Shown in pieces: positions 22,187-33,362 of a DNA stretch of 64,000 bases. The stretch is taken from positions 544,001 to 608,000 of the forward strand of contig CAXXVO010000007.1 of NCBI GenBank assembly GCA_963422645.2, read 5' to 3'. A program made the translations under genes and the position numbers. How positions within the stretch are numbered: the stretch's first letter is position 1; each line of letters begins with the position of its first letter. The notes under the pieces are model-generated. The model was not told where the DNA came from. It did no database searches and was given only the letters and a program-made list of their open reading frames with translations. Origin of the DNA: Alphaproteobacteria bacterium. Its GTDB lineage: Bacteria; Pseudomonadota; Alphaproteobacteria; UBA828.

Positions 22187-24704
22187 ATCAGACTTCCTGA
22201 CCTCTGCTGATTTTAGGTGACACGAGCCGCGCGGATTCCGAGGCCCCGTCGATGTCGTAGACTATGCGCAGACGGGTGCCGGGGAAGACCGTTTCGGTGG
22301 CGTTCAGGTCGCTCAGAACCGCATCGATCCAACGGTCGCAGGCGTCGTTTGCGAGGCCAAGAATGTGGACCCGCAGGAGGCCATTGCCAGGATCCGGCAG
22401 GATGTCGGCATCGGCGGTGAGCAGCGCTTGAAGCAGTTTCCGGGGATGGGGCTTGTGGCCCTGCGCCTGCATGACGGGAAGCATCATGCGGGTTTCGGCG
22501 CGGTAGGCGATCATCCGGATGACGTCGAGGAGGAGGCGCTCGCGCGCGGGCAAGGCATCGAGCTGCTCGGCTTCGTCGAGGTCGCCGGCCCGGCAGTGCT
22601 TGGGCGTCTCCCTGCGGCTGGCCCTGACGATGTCGCGGACATCCTGGAGGTCCCTGACTTCCCTCCTGAGTTCCGCCGTCGGCTGCTTCTTCCGGGCCGT
22701 GTCGGCGATGCGGTTGCGCAGGCGGCCAAGCTGGCGGTCGAGGCGATGGATTGCCTTGTCATAGGCCCGCCGCAGCGGGTTGACGACCATGGCGGCGGGA
22801 TCGAGAGGCTCGAGCTCGTGGGTCGGCAGGGCGTCGAGATTGAACTCGTCACGCATGTACTTGAAGAAGTTCTCCTGCGACCAGCGCGAGAACATGGCGC
22901 CCGCAACCTCAGCCATCGGCTTGTGCGGATCGGTGGTGATCAGCGGCACCTGACGGCCGTTGTCGAGCAGGCGGCGGATCTGGCGCACCCTGAAGCCGTT
23001 CGGCAACGTCACCGGCTTCTCAGCCAGCCGCATGGTGGCGCTGCCGTCCGCCGCCGGTCCGTGAATGGGAACGGTCATCGCGCCGAAGTCCTCGGCCGGC
23101 CAGTCCTCGCCCCTGAAGTTCTTGTGCCAGGTCAGGCAGGCGACGCCGCGCCTCGCCAGCCGGCGGAACAGATCCGGGCTCCAGCCCTCGCGGTCGAAGA
23201 CCAGGGTGAGCGCCGGCTGGCCGGGATGCTCGGCGGTCAGGTCCGGCGCCCCGGCGCCAACGATCCCAAGCTCCTGCAGCGCCGGCACCACGTCGGCTTC
23301 GATGGCCGCGACCATCTTCGGGTCCAGCGGCTTGTGCAGACAGAGCAGCGGCTTGCCGCCCAGAGCGTTGATCCAGTAGCTGGCGCTCGCCGGCAGGCAC
23401 AGCTTCTCGCGCGAGACGAAGTGCTTGGGCAAGCGCCCCTTGCGGCCGGAGTAGACCTTGACGTGCCCGTCGATGGCCAGCGTCGCCCAGAGCTCCGGCT
23501 CGTCGGCCTTGCCAGCGCCTGGCAAGGGCGAGCTGCCACGCCCGCACGCCGGCCTCGTCGTCGGCGATGAGAGCGATCTTGCGGCGCAGCGTCTTGACCT
23601 CGGGGCAGCGATCGAGGCCGAGAATGGCGCCCCATTCGCCCGGCGCCTGGTAGCGCAGGCTCTCGGGGTTGCGCACCCGCGCCAAGGTCATGAAGGCCAG
23701 GAAGAGCAGGATCGTAGGCAAGCCGTAATAGCCCTTCGGCAGCAATGGCAGGAGACCGGTCTCGGAGAGAAGACCTTCCTTCAGCAGGGCCGGCAGGGCG
23801 GCGAGCACGCCGCCGAAGCGGACACCGCGGGCGGCGGCGGCGAACTGCGGTTCGACCGGCCCCGCCTGTCCACAACTGGCCAGAACCCGAGCCGGAACAT
23901 CGCAAGTCGCACGCCCCATCGGCGCCTGCCGGTCCCGCCGATCGCGCGCGCTGCGATCCGTTTGCGGCTGCGCTTCCAGCCCCGGCGCCGTCTCCGGCCC
24001 CGGGGCACCGGTACTCTCTTCATCGACACGGCCTTCAGGAGCCGCACCCGCGTCAGGCGGCGCAGCCAGCGCTGAGCGTCCGGGCTCCCCATCCGCCTCC
24101 GTGTTGCCGATCAGTCCCTGACGGCGCCACTTGTTGACCGATGGCGCTGACACGCCGAGAACCCGGGCCGCCGCAGAGCCGCTCAGGCCCGATGCCAGCA
24201 ACGCCGTCGCCTTCTCCGCCAACTCCGGAGTGAACACCGACGGCCCGCGACCGCGCCGGGGCTTCATGAACCCCGCTTCGCCCTCGGCCAGGTAGCGCCG
24301 TCGTGCGCGCTGCACCGTCGCGCGCGAGACAGCGAAAGCGTCAGCCAGTTCCTGCGGCGAGACCGCGCTGATCGCCGCGAGGCGGCCGATCCGCAAGAGC
24401 ATGGCCGTGCGGTCATCGGCGGCGTGGCTGTCAAAGGGAATGAGGTTGGAAAAGTAGGTGAAGGTGTCGTCCGAGATCAGGACGGCGAAGCAGCTGTTGC
24501 CGATCGAGACCGCCTCTGGAGGGCACATTGGGAGGGTACTGGGCATGGTTGAGACCCCGTGCAATTGGTATCAAATTATAATATCAGACCTCGGGCGCGA
24601 CACCCAGCGAAAAACCGCCTGAAACAACCGAAATGTATCAGAATTCAAGGAGTTCCCGGCACGCTGCCCAGAACAGCCAGCATCACGAGGTCAGGAAGTC
24701 TGAT
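22187..24704 (-). mobile_element. Unclassified insertion sequence with 18-bp perfect terminal IRs
   Basis: ATCAGACTTCCTGACCTC at 22187 and its reverse complement at 24687-24704; no TSD. Confidence 0.85.
22188..24564 (-). pseudogene. Large putative DDE transposase with N-terminal HTH; frameshift near 23510
   Basis: IDGHVKVY, LVFDREGWS and RWSQENFFKY motifs; two ORFs joined by a 1-nt shift; stop codon lies inside the IR. Confidence 0.8.
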
Positions 24705-24882
24705 GTTTGGCTACCCGTACATCCTTCAACTGGGGGATAATGGGCGAAATACCTCCTCGAAAACGTGGTCGTGTCCCCGTGGCGTGGTGTAGGAAATTTT
24801 GGTGCCAGCGGGTATGGGGGTGATCGGCTTGCTGTAGCGACCGCCAAGAGTCTGGCGGAGGCAAGCCAAGTTGCCGGACCGG

Positions 24883-25197
24883 TCAGCCGATATCGACGTA
24901 GACGGACCCCTTCTCGATCCGCACCGGATAGACGGCCAGATCGTCGAGAACCGGGGCACCGAGCGCCTCGCCCGTCTTGTAGTGGAATCGGCCGTTGTGC
25001 TTCGGGCACACGATCACGTCGTCGAACACCATGCCTTCGGCGAGGTGCGTCTCCTCGTGGGTGCAGTATCCGTCGGTCGCATGGAACTCGTTGTCGGGGC
25101 TGCGGTAGATCGCGAACGTCCGCCCGTCGTGATCGAAGCGGATCACGTCCTCGGGCTCGATATCGTCGACAGCGCAGGCCCTGACCCAGTCGCTCAT
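24883..25197 (-). CDS. mocE: Rieske 2Fe-2S ferredoxin (MocE-like)
   Basis: CTHE...CPKHNGRF; directly downstream of the mocD-like gene. Confidence 0.85.
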   Translation of the reverse strand: MSDWVRACAVDDIEPEDVIRFDHDGRTFAIYRSPDNEFHATDGYCTHEETHLAEGMVFDDVIVCPKHNGRFHYKTGEALGAPVLDDLAVYPVRIEKGSVYVDIG

Positions 25198-25274
25198 CGA
25201 AATCCTTTCCTGACCGCCGGGCTCCTGCACCGCGCGCGTGCTGCGCTCGCTCGGCCGACGCCCCCGACGCCGGT

Positions 25275-26339
25275 TCACTCCGCCGCGGCTGCCGCCCTTG
25301 CTTCGGCGGGGGCCTGGGGCAGGTCCTTGTGGATCCAGAGCTCCGGGTCCCGGCGCTGCTTGAACAGAGTAGGAACCAGCTCCCGGTAGGCCGCCCAGAC
25401 GCTCGGGCAGGGTGGCGGGCAGTCCGCCTTGATCTCCTCGTGCAGCTTGGGCAGGGCATGGTAGGGCACCAGCGGGAACATGTGGTGCTCCACGTGATAG
25501 TTCATGTTGAGGTAGAGGAAACGCAGCACCGGGTTCATGTAGACGGTGCGGGTACAGAGGCGGTGGTCGAGCACGTCGTCGGCAAGGGCCAGGTGCTGGG
25601 TCACCCCGAAGAAGAGGGCGATCCAGAAGCCGACGAAGGGCGGCACCAGCACCAGCGCGATCGGCAGCACCGAACCGGTCGCGATCGCCAGCGCGATGAC
25701 GCCGAACCAGATCGCGATCCACACCCGCGCGGCCAGGTACACCCTCCACCACTCCGATTCCGGCACGAAGTCCTCTTCCGGGAAGGTCTTCTTGCCGCAC
25801 GCGTGGATGAAGACCTTATTGATCGCCTTGACTCCGATGTTGAGATTGAAGGCGGCGAAGAGCAGCGAGCGAAAGTTGGGCGGCCGCGGGGTGATGATCT
25901 CCGGGTCCCGGCCGACGATGATCGTGTCGGTGTGGTGGCGCGTGTGGCTCCAGCGCCAGATTGTCGGCTCACGCAGCAGGAAGAACGATGCGAAGTTGTA
26001 GACCGCATCGTTAACCCACGGGATGGCGGTCGCCGTGCCGTGACCGAACTCGTGCCAGCGCGGATCGGACGAGCCGCCGAGAATTGTGCAGTAGGCGAAA
26101 TAGACGGGCACCATCCACCAGGTGCCCCAGGTGAACCAGGTGAGGACGCCGAGCCCGGCGATCAGCGCAAACCAGAGGAAGAGATGCCAGAGAGCGGGGA
26201 AGTTGCGGCGCTTCATGAGCTCCTTGAGGCGCGCGCGCGGCACCGGGGACTGGTACCAGTCCGCCGAGACGAGGCCCTTCTCCCAGGCGCGCCTGGTTTC
26301 CTCGCCGTTCAGGCTGTAGTCCCGGCTTGCAATGGCCAT
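25275..26339 (-). CDS. mocD: Desaturase-family membrane oxygenase (MocD-like)
   Basis: His boxes HEFGH, HTRHH and HVEHH; TIIVGRDPEI and NMNYHVEHHMFP. Confidence 0.85.
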   Translation of the reverse strand: MAIASRDYSLNGEETRRAWEKGLVSADWYQSPVPRARLKELMKRRNFPALWHLFLWFALIAGLGVLTWFTWGTWWMVPVYFAYCTILGGSSDPRWHEFGHGTATAIPWVNDAVYNFASFFLLREPTIWRWSHTRHHTDTIIVGRDPEIITPRPPNFRSLLFAAFNLNIGVKAINKVFIHACGKKTFPEEDFVPESEWWRVYLAARVWIAIWFGVIALAIATGSVLPIALVLVPPFVGFWIALFFGVTQHLALADDVLDHRLCTRTVYMNPVLRFLYLNMNYHVEHHMFPLVPYHALPKLHEEIKADCPPPCPSVWAAYRELVPTLFKQRRDPELWIHKDLPQAPAEARAAAAAE

Positions 26340-26731
26340 GCCTGCATCCCTCCTGTGCGTTCAGGCCCACGGGATTGAGCCGAGCCCCACCGCCTCGCGA
26401 GCAGCCGCCTACCGATATGAAGCGCACGCGGCGCTCCCGATCCGGCGGCTCTCGACGATCCTCCGGCCGACCCGATTGCGGCTGGCAACTGCCAACGGGC
26501 CAGGACCCTGACCGGGTTGTCCGGCCCGGATTTTAGCCCATGCTCGGCCTTGCGCTCCAATTTTTCTCCACGGCTCGGGTTGCGACCGGCAGTTGCGGCT
26601 TCCCGAGACGTCGCGCCGCGCGCCGGGTCGGCAGCGTTGTAATCCAAATTTGTGCTTGCTAGGGTTTCGAAGCGGCGGTCCTGGTTACCGTCACGGGTCC
26701 GGGCGCGCCGACGGGATCGAGGGAGAACCTC

Positions 26732-27664
26732 ATGGCGATCACCGACCAGCAGGTTCAGCAGTACTTCGACGATGGCTTTCTCATCGTGGAGGACTTGCTG
26801 ACGGACGACGACCTCCAGCCGGTCATGGACGAGCTTGAGCAGGTCGTGGACGAATGGGCCGAGAAGCTCTATCGGGCAGGCAAGATCTCGGACAAGTGCG
26901 CGGACGAGGACTTTTTCCATCGCCTCGCGAAGCTCGAGGAGCAGTGGCCGGGCGCCGCCCCGCTCGTTCACAACCGGGAGCAGGTTCGACCGGCACTGGC
27001 GAGGCTCTGGACGTCGGACAAGCTCCTCGACATTCTCGAACGCTTTCTCGGCCCCGACATCTGCGGCCATCCGATCAGCGCGATTCGGCCCAAGACCCCG
27101 AACACGCAGCTGATGACCGTCCCGTGGCACCAGGACGCGGCCTATTTCACCCCGGGAATGGAGCGCACGCTGCAGCCGGTCGCGTGGATCCCCTTTATCG
27201 ATGCGAACAGCGAAAACGGAGCACTCCAGGTGGTCCGCGGCGGGCACCGGTCAGGGCAGGTGTTCCGCCACCGCAAGGAGTGCGTGGTCGGGCATCCGAA
27301 GTCCTGGTACGTCTACATCGACGAGGCCGACCTCCCGGAAGGCGAGCGCGTCACCTGCGAGATGAAGATGGGCTCGGTCCTCTTCCACAACACGATGATG
27401 CCGCACCGCTCGACCGAGAATTACTCCGACAAGATCCGGTGGTCGGTCGACCTCCGCTATCAACGGCCGGGCGAGCCGGCGGGGTTCGACGACCGGCCGC
27501 TGGTGCAGATGCGATCGGCCGACGATCCCGATTTCTGTATCGACGTTGCCGAATGGGCGGAAGGGCAGCTCGACGACGTCCAGGCGTACCGGGGCCTTGC
27601 TGACGACAGCTTCGAGTACTCGTGCTCCGGGCCCTGGCTCGATCGTTGGGAGGAGGCGGCCTGA
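26732..27664 (+). CDS. Phytanoyl-CoA dioxygenase (PhyH) family protein
   Basis: YFDDGFLIV, PWHQD, PHRS and RWSVDLRY motifs. Confidence 0.9.
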   Translation: MAITDQQVQQYFDDGFLIVEDLLTDDDLQPVMDELEQVVDEWAEKLYRAGKISDKCADEDFFHRLAKLEEQWPGAAPLVHNREQVRPALARLWTSDKLLDILERFLGPDICGHPISAIRPKTPNTQLMTVPWHQDAAYFTPGMERTLQPVAWIPFIDANSENGALQVVRGGHRSGQVFRHRKECVVGHPKSWYVYIDEADLPEGERVTCEMKMGSVLFHNTMMPHRSTENYSDKIRWSVDLRYQRPGEPAGFDDRPLVQMRSADDPDFCIDVAEWAEGQLDDVQAYRGLADDSFEYSCSGPWLDRWEEAA

Positions 27665-27791
27665 CGAAGGTCCTGCGTGAATGCGATACGAACGACATGG
27701 GTGTTGGCGAACCCAGAACGGATGCCCGGCCGCGCTGGCCGGGTGTGCCGCGAAGACCGCCAGCCTTGAATAAGAGGGAGGAAATCAGACC

Positions 27792-28742
27792 ATGACTCGA
27801 AACCGGATCCTCGTCGCGCTTGGAGCGGCGATCCTCGGACTGTCGTTGGCCCAACCGGGTCAGGCCAAGCTGGACGACGACAATGTCGACGTGACCCTCA
27901 TCGTCCACTGCTGTCCGGGCAACGTCTTCTTCGAGCCGGTGATGTTCGGCGCGAGGGAAGCGGCGGAGCTCTTCAACGTCAATCTCGACATCCAGAATGC
28001 CGAGGGCGACCCGCAGCGCCAGATCAACATCATCGAGACCGCCATCGCCAACCGGCAGGACGGCGTGGTGCCGATGATCTCCGTCGAGGACGCGATGATC
28101 GAGGTCATCGCCAAGGCGCGTGAGGCGGGAATGGCGGTCATCTCTTCAAACATCGACGACCCCGATACCGCGCGCCAGGCCTTCGTCGGCCAGGACTTCA
28201 TCGCTTCCGGCTTCATCATCGGGTCGAGGATGATCGCGGAGCACGGCCTCAAGGAAGGCGATCACTGTGTCGCGCCGGTCGAGTTCCCCGATCTCATCTA
28301 CGCCGGCGAGCGCTACCAGGGCGTCAAGAATGCGCTGGACGCGGCCGGGATCACGAGCGAGATGATCGGCACCGGCGACCAGGTCGCGGAGAACCTCAAC
28401 ATCGTCGCCGAATACCTGCTCGCCAATCCGGATACCGACTGCGCCATCGGGCTCGGCAACGTGCCGACCTCGGTGCTGCCGCAGGCCGCGGAAGAGGCGG
28501 GGCTCGAGGGCCTGCCCAACGGCGGGTTCGACGTCAATCCGCGCATCATGGAGAACATCAACGCCGGACTGACCACGGCAACCATGGATCAGCAGCCCTT
28601 CTGGCAGGGCTTCCTGCCCGTCATGTTCATCGCCTACCAGGTCCGCTACAACCTGGCGCCAGGAGGCGTTGACACGGGCAACGGCGTCGTCGATGCGTCG
28701 AATGCCCAGGCGGCGACCGACTTCGCCGGAAGCTATCGCTAG
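27792..28742 (+). CDS. Sugar/inositol-type ABC periplasmic binding protein
   Basis: Signal peptide, FVGQD, GGFD and DQQPFWQG motifs. Confidence 0.9.
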   Translation: MTRNRILVALGAAILGLSLAQPGQAKLDDDNVDVTLIVHCCPGNVFFEPVMFGAREAAELFNVNLDIQNAEGDPQRQINIIETAIANRQDGVVPMISVEDAMIEVIAKAREAGMAVISSNIDDPDTARQAFVGQDFIASGFIIGSRMIAEHGLKEGDHCVAPVEFPDLIYAGERYQGVKNALDAAGITSEMIGTGDQVAENLNIVAEYLLANPDTDCAIGLGNVPTSVLPQAAEEAGLEGLPNGGFDVNPRIMENINAGLTTATMDQQPFWQGFLPVMFIAYQVRYNLAPGGVDTGNGVVDASNAQAATDFAGSYR

Positions 28743-28854
28743 AGTTCCGGCCCCCGCCTGATTTGGGAACCGAAATCCCTCCCCGCGGCCGTCCACGGAC
28801 GGACGGTCGCGGGGACGGGCAGGCTCGGTCTCCGCTAGGGAATTCCCGACGGAC

Positions 28855-29907
28855 ATGAGCGCATCGGAATCGAACGCCGGCACGGAAGCGGGCGCGGGTC
28901 GCTATGTTCGCCAGACGCTGTGGACGCGCTTCCTCCGATACCCCGCCGCCAACATCGTCGTCCTCTACGGCACCTTCCTCCTCACCCTCATCGTCATCGG
29001 AATCGTGGTTCCCAGCGACTTCCGCTTCCTCGCCACCGGCAATCTCGGTGTTTTGTTCCAGACCATACCGACCCTCGGGATACTCGCTCTCGGCGTCGGA
29101 ATGCTGATGATTGCCGGCGAGTTCGATCTGTCGGTCGCCGGCGTCTACACCCTCGCCCCCTACTTGATGGGGCTGTCCATGAACGAATGGAACTGGCCGC
29201 TCTGGGCGGCGGTTCTGCTCGCCCTCTTCGTCGGCGTCGTGGTCGGGATCGTGAACGGGCTCATCACGACCAAGCTGGTGATCCCCTCCTTCATTGCCAC
29301 CCTCGGGATGATGTTCCTCCTGCGCGGCGTGGTCCGGTACTTCTCATCGGACCCCAAGTCGTCGTCGTCCGAGCAGGTATCGATCTATCCCGGCGAGACC
29401 TTCGAGGCGGTCCTCACCGGTCACATCGTGGGGCCGCTCCATGCCCAGTTCCTGTGGTTCATCTTCTTCGCGGTCCTCGCATATTTTTTCCTGAACCGGC
29501 ATCGGCTCGGTAATCATTTCCTTGCCGTCGGCGGCAACCGCGAGGCGGCGATCGCCGTCGGTGTCAACGTGAACCGGGTCAAACGGGCCGGATTCGTCAT
29601 CTGTTCGGTGGGCGCGGCAATCGCGGGAACGATCTCGGCAACCCGGGTCAACGCGATCATCCCCGCCCAGACCCTCACCGGGCTCGAGCTCCAGGCCATC
29701 GCCGCCTGCGTCGTCGGCGGCGTCTTCCTCTTTGGCGGTCGCGGCACGGTGCTCGGCATCTGTCTCGGTGTCGCCCTCATCCTCACCGTCGACGACCTCC
29801 TCATCCTGCTGCGCGCCCCCGGCGTCTACCTGCAGGGCTTCGTCGGAGCGATCGTGATTGTCGCGGTCATCGTCAACGCCTGGTTCGCCCGGCGGGTCAG
29901 CGGTTAG
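28855..29907 (+). CDS. ABC transporter permease
   Basis: MIAGEFDLSV, IPSFIATLG and LELQAIAACVVGG. Confidence 0.93.
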   Translation: MSASESNAGTEAGAGRYVRQTLWTRFLRYPAANIVVLYGTFLLTLIVIGIVVPSDFRFLATGNLGVLFQTIPTLGILALGVGMLMIAGEFDLSVAGVYTLAPYLMGLSMNEWNWPLWAAVLLALFVGVVVGIVNGLITTKLVIPSFIATLGMMFLLRGVVRYFSSDPKSSSSEQVSIYPGETFEAVLTGHIVGPLHAQFLWFIFFAVLAYFFLNRHRLGNHFLAVGGNREAAIAVGVNVNRVKRAGFVICSVGAAIAGTISATRVNAIIPAQTLTGLELQAIAACVVGGVFLFGGRGTVLGICLGVALILTVDDLLILLRAPGVYLQGFVGAIVIVAVIVNAWFARRVSG

Positions 29908-29928
29908 TCCGGCTGAGCGGGGCCCGGC

Positions 29929-30942
29929 ATGGCAGATTCCTGGAGCAGCAAAACGGCCCCCGATCGCTACGCGGGTGCAAACCTTCTCGATCGGTTCCGC
30001 GCCCATCCGGCCGGCAACGTCATCATCGTGTTCCTCGTGTTCCTCGCCGTCTGCGTCGTCATCTCGCTGCTCTATCCGAGCGATTTCCGCTTCACGCAGC
30101 CGGCCAACATCCGAATCCTGATGCGCGCGATCCCTCCGCTCGGGATCATGGCGCTCGGGGTCGGACTGCTGATGATCTGCGGCGAGTTCGACCTGTCCGT
30201 GGGCGCCGTCTTCATCGTCGCGCCCTATGTGATGGTGTTCGCCTACGTGAACGACGTGCCGCTTGCCGTCGCCATTCTCGCCGGCATGGTGAGCGGAATG
30301 ACGATCGGGTTGATCAACGGGCTCATCACCACCCGGTTCGGCATACCATCCTTCATAACGACGCTCGGCATGCTCTTTATATTGCGTGCCGGGGCACGCA
30401 TCATCGCCAACAGCCGCCCGCTCAGCTTCTTCCCGCCGGACGACTTCGAGGACGCGCTGACCGGGCGCCTCGGTTCGTACATGCAGGCGCAGTTCCTCTG
30501 GTTCATCGGGATTGCGGTCATCTGCTACTTCTTCCTGAACCGCCATCGCCTCGGCAACCACTTCTTCGCGGCCGGAGGCAACCGCGAAGCGGCGCTCTCA
30601 GTCGGCATCAACGTGGTGCAAACGAAGCTGCTCGCCTTCGTCCTCTGTTCCGGCCTCGCCACGTTCGCCGGCATCATCAGCACCACGCGAATTAATTCTG
30701 CGACGTCGACTCCCGTGCTCTATCTCGAGCTGGAGGCGATCGCGATCTGCGTCATCGGGGGCCTGGCGTTGGCCGGCGGGCGCGGAGCGATCATCGGCAT
30801 CGTCGTCGGGACCATCATCCTGCAGATGGTCAAGGACGTGATTATCCTGGCGAAGCTGCCCGGCTTTTATCTCGACATGTTCATCGGTATCGTCATTGTC
30901 TTCGGGGTCGTGCTCAACCAGATCGCCCGCAAGAAGTACTGA
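29929..30942 (+). CDS. ABC transporter permease
   Basis: MICGEFDLSV, IPSFITTLG and LELEAIA. Confidence 0.93.
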   Translation: MADSWSSKTAPDRYAGANLLDRFRAHPAGNVIIVFLVFLAVCVVISLLYPSDFRFTQPANIRILMRAIPPLGIMALGVGLLMICGEFDLSVGAVFIVAPYVMVFAYVNDVPLAVAILAGMVSGMTIGLINGLITTRFGIPSFITTLGMLFILRAGARIIANSRPLSFFPPDDFEDALTGRLGSYMQAQFLWFIGIAVICYFFLNRHRLGNHFFAAGGNREAALSVGINVVQTKLLAFVLCSGLATFAGIISTTRINSATSTPVLYLELEAIAICVIGGLALAGGRGAIIGIVVGTIILQMVKDVIILAKLPGFYLDMFIGIVIVFGVVLNQIARKKY

Positions 30943-30964
30943 CAGCGCCGGAGGAGGAAGGAAG

Positions 30965-31744
30965 ATGGCGGAAGTTCAAGCGGCAGTTGACGAGACCGGC
31001 AGCGTCGACGCGAGCGCACCGATCTTCGAGGTGCAGGGGGTATCGAAGTCCTACGGCCACGTGGAAGCGCTGATCGACGTCGACTTCCAGATCTATCCCA
31101 ACGAGGTGGTCGGACTCCTCGGCGACAACGGCGCGGGCAAGTCCACCCTCATCAAGATCATGTCGGGGGTGGTGCAGCCCGACTCCGGGACGTTCATACG
31201 AGACGGAAAGCAGATCTCCATCAACTCCCGGAGAGCGTCGGAGGCGGCGGGCATCGAGACGATCTATCAGGACATCGCGCTGGTGGGCTCGATGTCGATC
31301 ATGCGCAACATCTTCGCCGGGCGAGAGCTGGTCAACCGGGCCGGCTTCCTGCGCATCAAGGAGATGCGCGACACCGCGATGGAGATCCTGGACAAGTACG
31401 TCCGCATCGCGGGGATCACCTCGCCGGAGCTGATGGTGGAAGAGCTCTCGGGCGGACAGCAGCAGGCGGTCGCCATCGCCCGCGCGGTGCACTTCAAGCA
31501 CGACATGCTGCTGCTCGATGAGCCGACCAGCGCGCTCTCGGTGCGGGAGACCGAGAAGGTGCTCGGCTTCATGACCGAACTCGCGTCAACCGGGGTCTCG
31601 TGCGTCTTCGTGACCCACAACCTCTACCAGGCTTCTCAGGTCTGTCACCGCTTCGTGGTGATGGCCCACGGACAGGTGATCAAGGTCGCCCGCAAGGAAG
31701 AGACCACGATCGAAGAGCTGACGGAGCTCCTCGTCACCCACTAA
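30965..31744 (+). CDS. ABC transporter ATP-binding protein
   Basis: GDNGAGKST, LSGGQQQ and LLDEPT. Confidence 0.94.
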   Translation: MAEVQAAVDETGSVDASAPIFEVQGVSKSYGHVEALIDVDFQIYPNEVVGLLGDNGAGKSTLIKIMSGVVQPDSGTFIRDGKQISINSRRASEAAGIETIYQDIALVGSMSIMRNIFAGRELVNRAGFLRIKEMRDTAMEILDKYVRIAGITSPELMVEELSGGQQQAVAIARAVHFKHDMLLLDEPTSALSVRETEKVLGFMTELASTGVSCVFVTHNLYQASQVCHRFVVMAHGQVIKVARKEETTIEELTELLVTH

Positions 31745-31782
31745 GCCGCATCAGCGGCTCCGTCCCGAGCCGCGGGACAGGG

Positions 31783-32757
31783 TCAGCGGTAAGCGATCGG
31801 CGTCGTCTGGCCTTGGATCGCCTTCTCCGCCGCCTCAATCATGCAGAGCGCGTCGCGCGCGTCCGCGAGGGTGGAGAGCGGCGGCTCTCCCCCCGCGCCG
31901 AGGCACTTGCGAGCGAGATGTTCGTACAGGTGCCGGAAGCTCTCGTGGTAGCCGGCGCGGTCCCAGCCCGTCAGCGGCGCATCGCGGAAGTCGACGTCGC
32001 CCCAACTGAACGAGAACCCGCCCTCGGTGCCCAGCAGCTTGTAGATCATCGTCCACGGATCGCGGGTCCGGTCGTCGGCCGCGAAGCTGCCCCAGACCGT
32101 GGCAATCGCGCCGCCATCGGTCTTGAAGGCCATCAGCACCTGGTCGTCGCCGCGTGATTCCGGAGCGCGGGCGTTGGCCGAGAGAGCGACCGCGGTCGAA
32201 GGGCGGCCGAGAAAGAAGAGCACGGCGTAGGCGTGGTGGATGCAGAGCTCGCGCATCGTGAGCCCGGGCGCCATCGCGCCCGCATCGTGTGACTGGTTGT
32301 AGATCATCCAGAAGCTCGCGATGCGGCCGAACTTCCCCTCCCGGGCGAACTCCCGCCCGCGCACGAGGGCAGGGTCGTAGACGTAGTTGTGGCAGGGCAT
32401 GCAGAGCCTCCCGGCCTTTTCCGCCTCGCGCTCCAGGAGGTCAATTTCGTCGAGGGTGGTTGAAATGGGCTTCTCGACGACGACGTGCTTCCCGGCCCGC
32501 AGCGCCGCGAGGGCCTGCGGGACATGCTCCGGCGCCGGCGAGCAGACCGTGACGACCTCGACGGCGTCGTCCGCGAGCAGCGCATCCTGGCTCGCGAAGG
32601 CCCGCCCGCCTTGCGCGTCCACGAAGCGACGGACGTTCTCGGGATTCCGGCTGAACGCGCCCGCAACCTCGATACCCGCGACCGCGTTGATCGCGTTCGC
32701 ATGCAGGGTGGCGACCCCGCCCGTTCCAATCAATCCGATTCCAACCGGCTCGGCCAT
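31783..32757 (-). CDS. Gfo/Idh/MocA family oxidoreductase
   Basis: GLIGTGGVA and GKHVVVEKP. Confidence 0.9.
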   Translation of the reverse strand: MAEPVGIGLIGTGGVATLHANAINAVAGIEVAGAFSRNPENVRRFVDAQGGRAFASQDALLADDAVEVVTVCSPAPEHVPQALAALRAGKHVVVEKPISTTLDEIDLLEREAEKAGRLCMPCHNYVYDPALVRGREFAREGKFGRIASFWMIYNQSHDAGAMAPGLTMRELCIHHAYAVLFFLGRPSTAVALSANARAPESRGDDQVLMAFKTDGGAIATVWGSFAADDRTRDPWTMIYKLLGTEGGFSFSWGDVDFRDAPLTGWDRAGYHESFRHLYEHLARKCLGAGGEPPLSTLADARDALCMIEAAEKAIQGQTTPIAYR

Positions 32758-32911
32758 GGCTGCGTCATCCTGATCGGGAGTTGGCGCAAAACACTACACC
32801 TCTCCGCATATTGGCGACATCCCGCATACGGCGCGAGTGCTATCGGCCTAAACAGGTGACGGCGAGGAACGCGCCCCCGGGATGGGAGCGGCTTGCGCCC
32901 CGTCGTCGGTG

Positions 32912-33362
32912 CTATCCGTCGCGGTCACCCTCCTTGACCTTGAGGCCGGAGGCCAAGCGCTGGAGATCCGTGTTGAACATGACGGCGGCGATGGTCAGGC
33001 CACCCAGCGCGAGGCGGAAGTACTCTATATCGACGCGCGCCATGATGAATCCGTTGTCGATGGAGCGCACGAGTAGGGCGCCCACCAGCGCGCCCAGTAC
33101 CGATCCGACGCCGCCGAATAGCGAAGTGCCACCGATCACCGCCGCCGCGATCGCCTCCAACTCGAGGCCCACGCCATAGGTGGGCAGCACGCTCCCGCCG
33201 ACACGGAAGGTCTGTAGGATCCCGGCGAAACCAGCGAGCATGGAACAAACCATGAAACATCCCATCTTCACGCGACGCCAGCCGATGCCCATGTCCCTTG
33301 CCGCCTGGGTGTGCCCGCCGGTGGCATAGACCCAGTTTCCGACGTTGGTACGGTGTATAATG
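32912..33362 (-). pseudogene. ABC permease 3' fragment truncated by IS66
   Basis: GNWVYATGG and LELEAIAAAVIGGTSLFGG; 5' part replaced by IS66. Confidence 0.85.
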
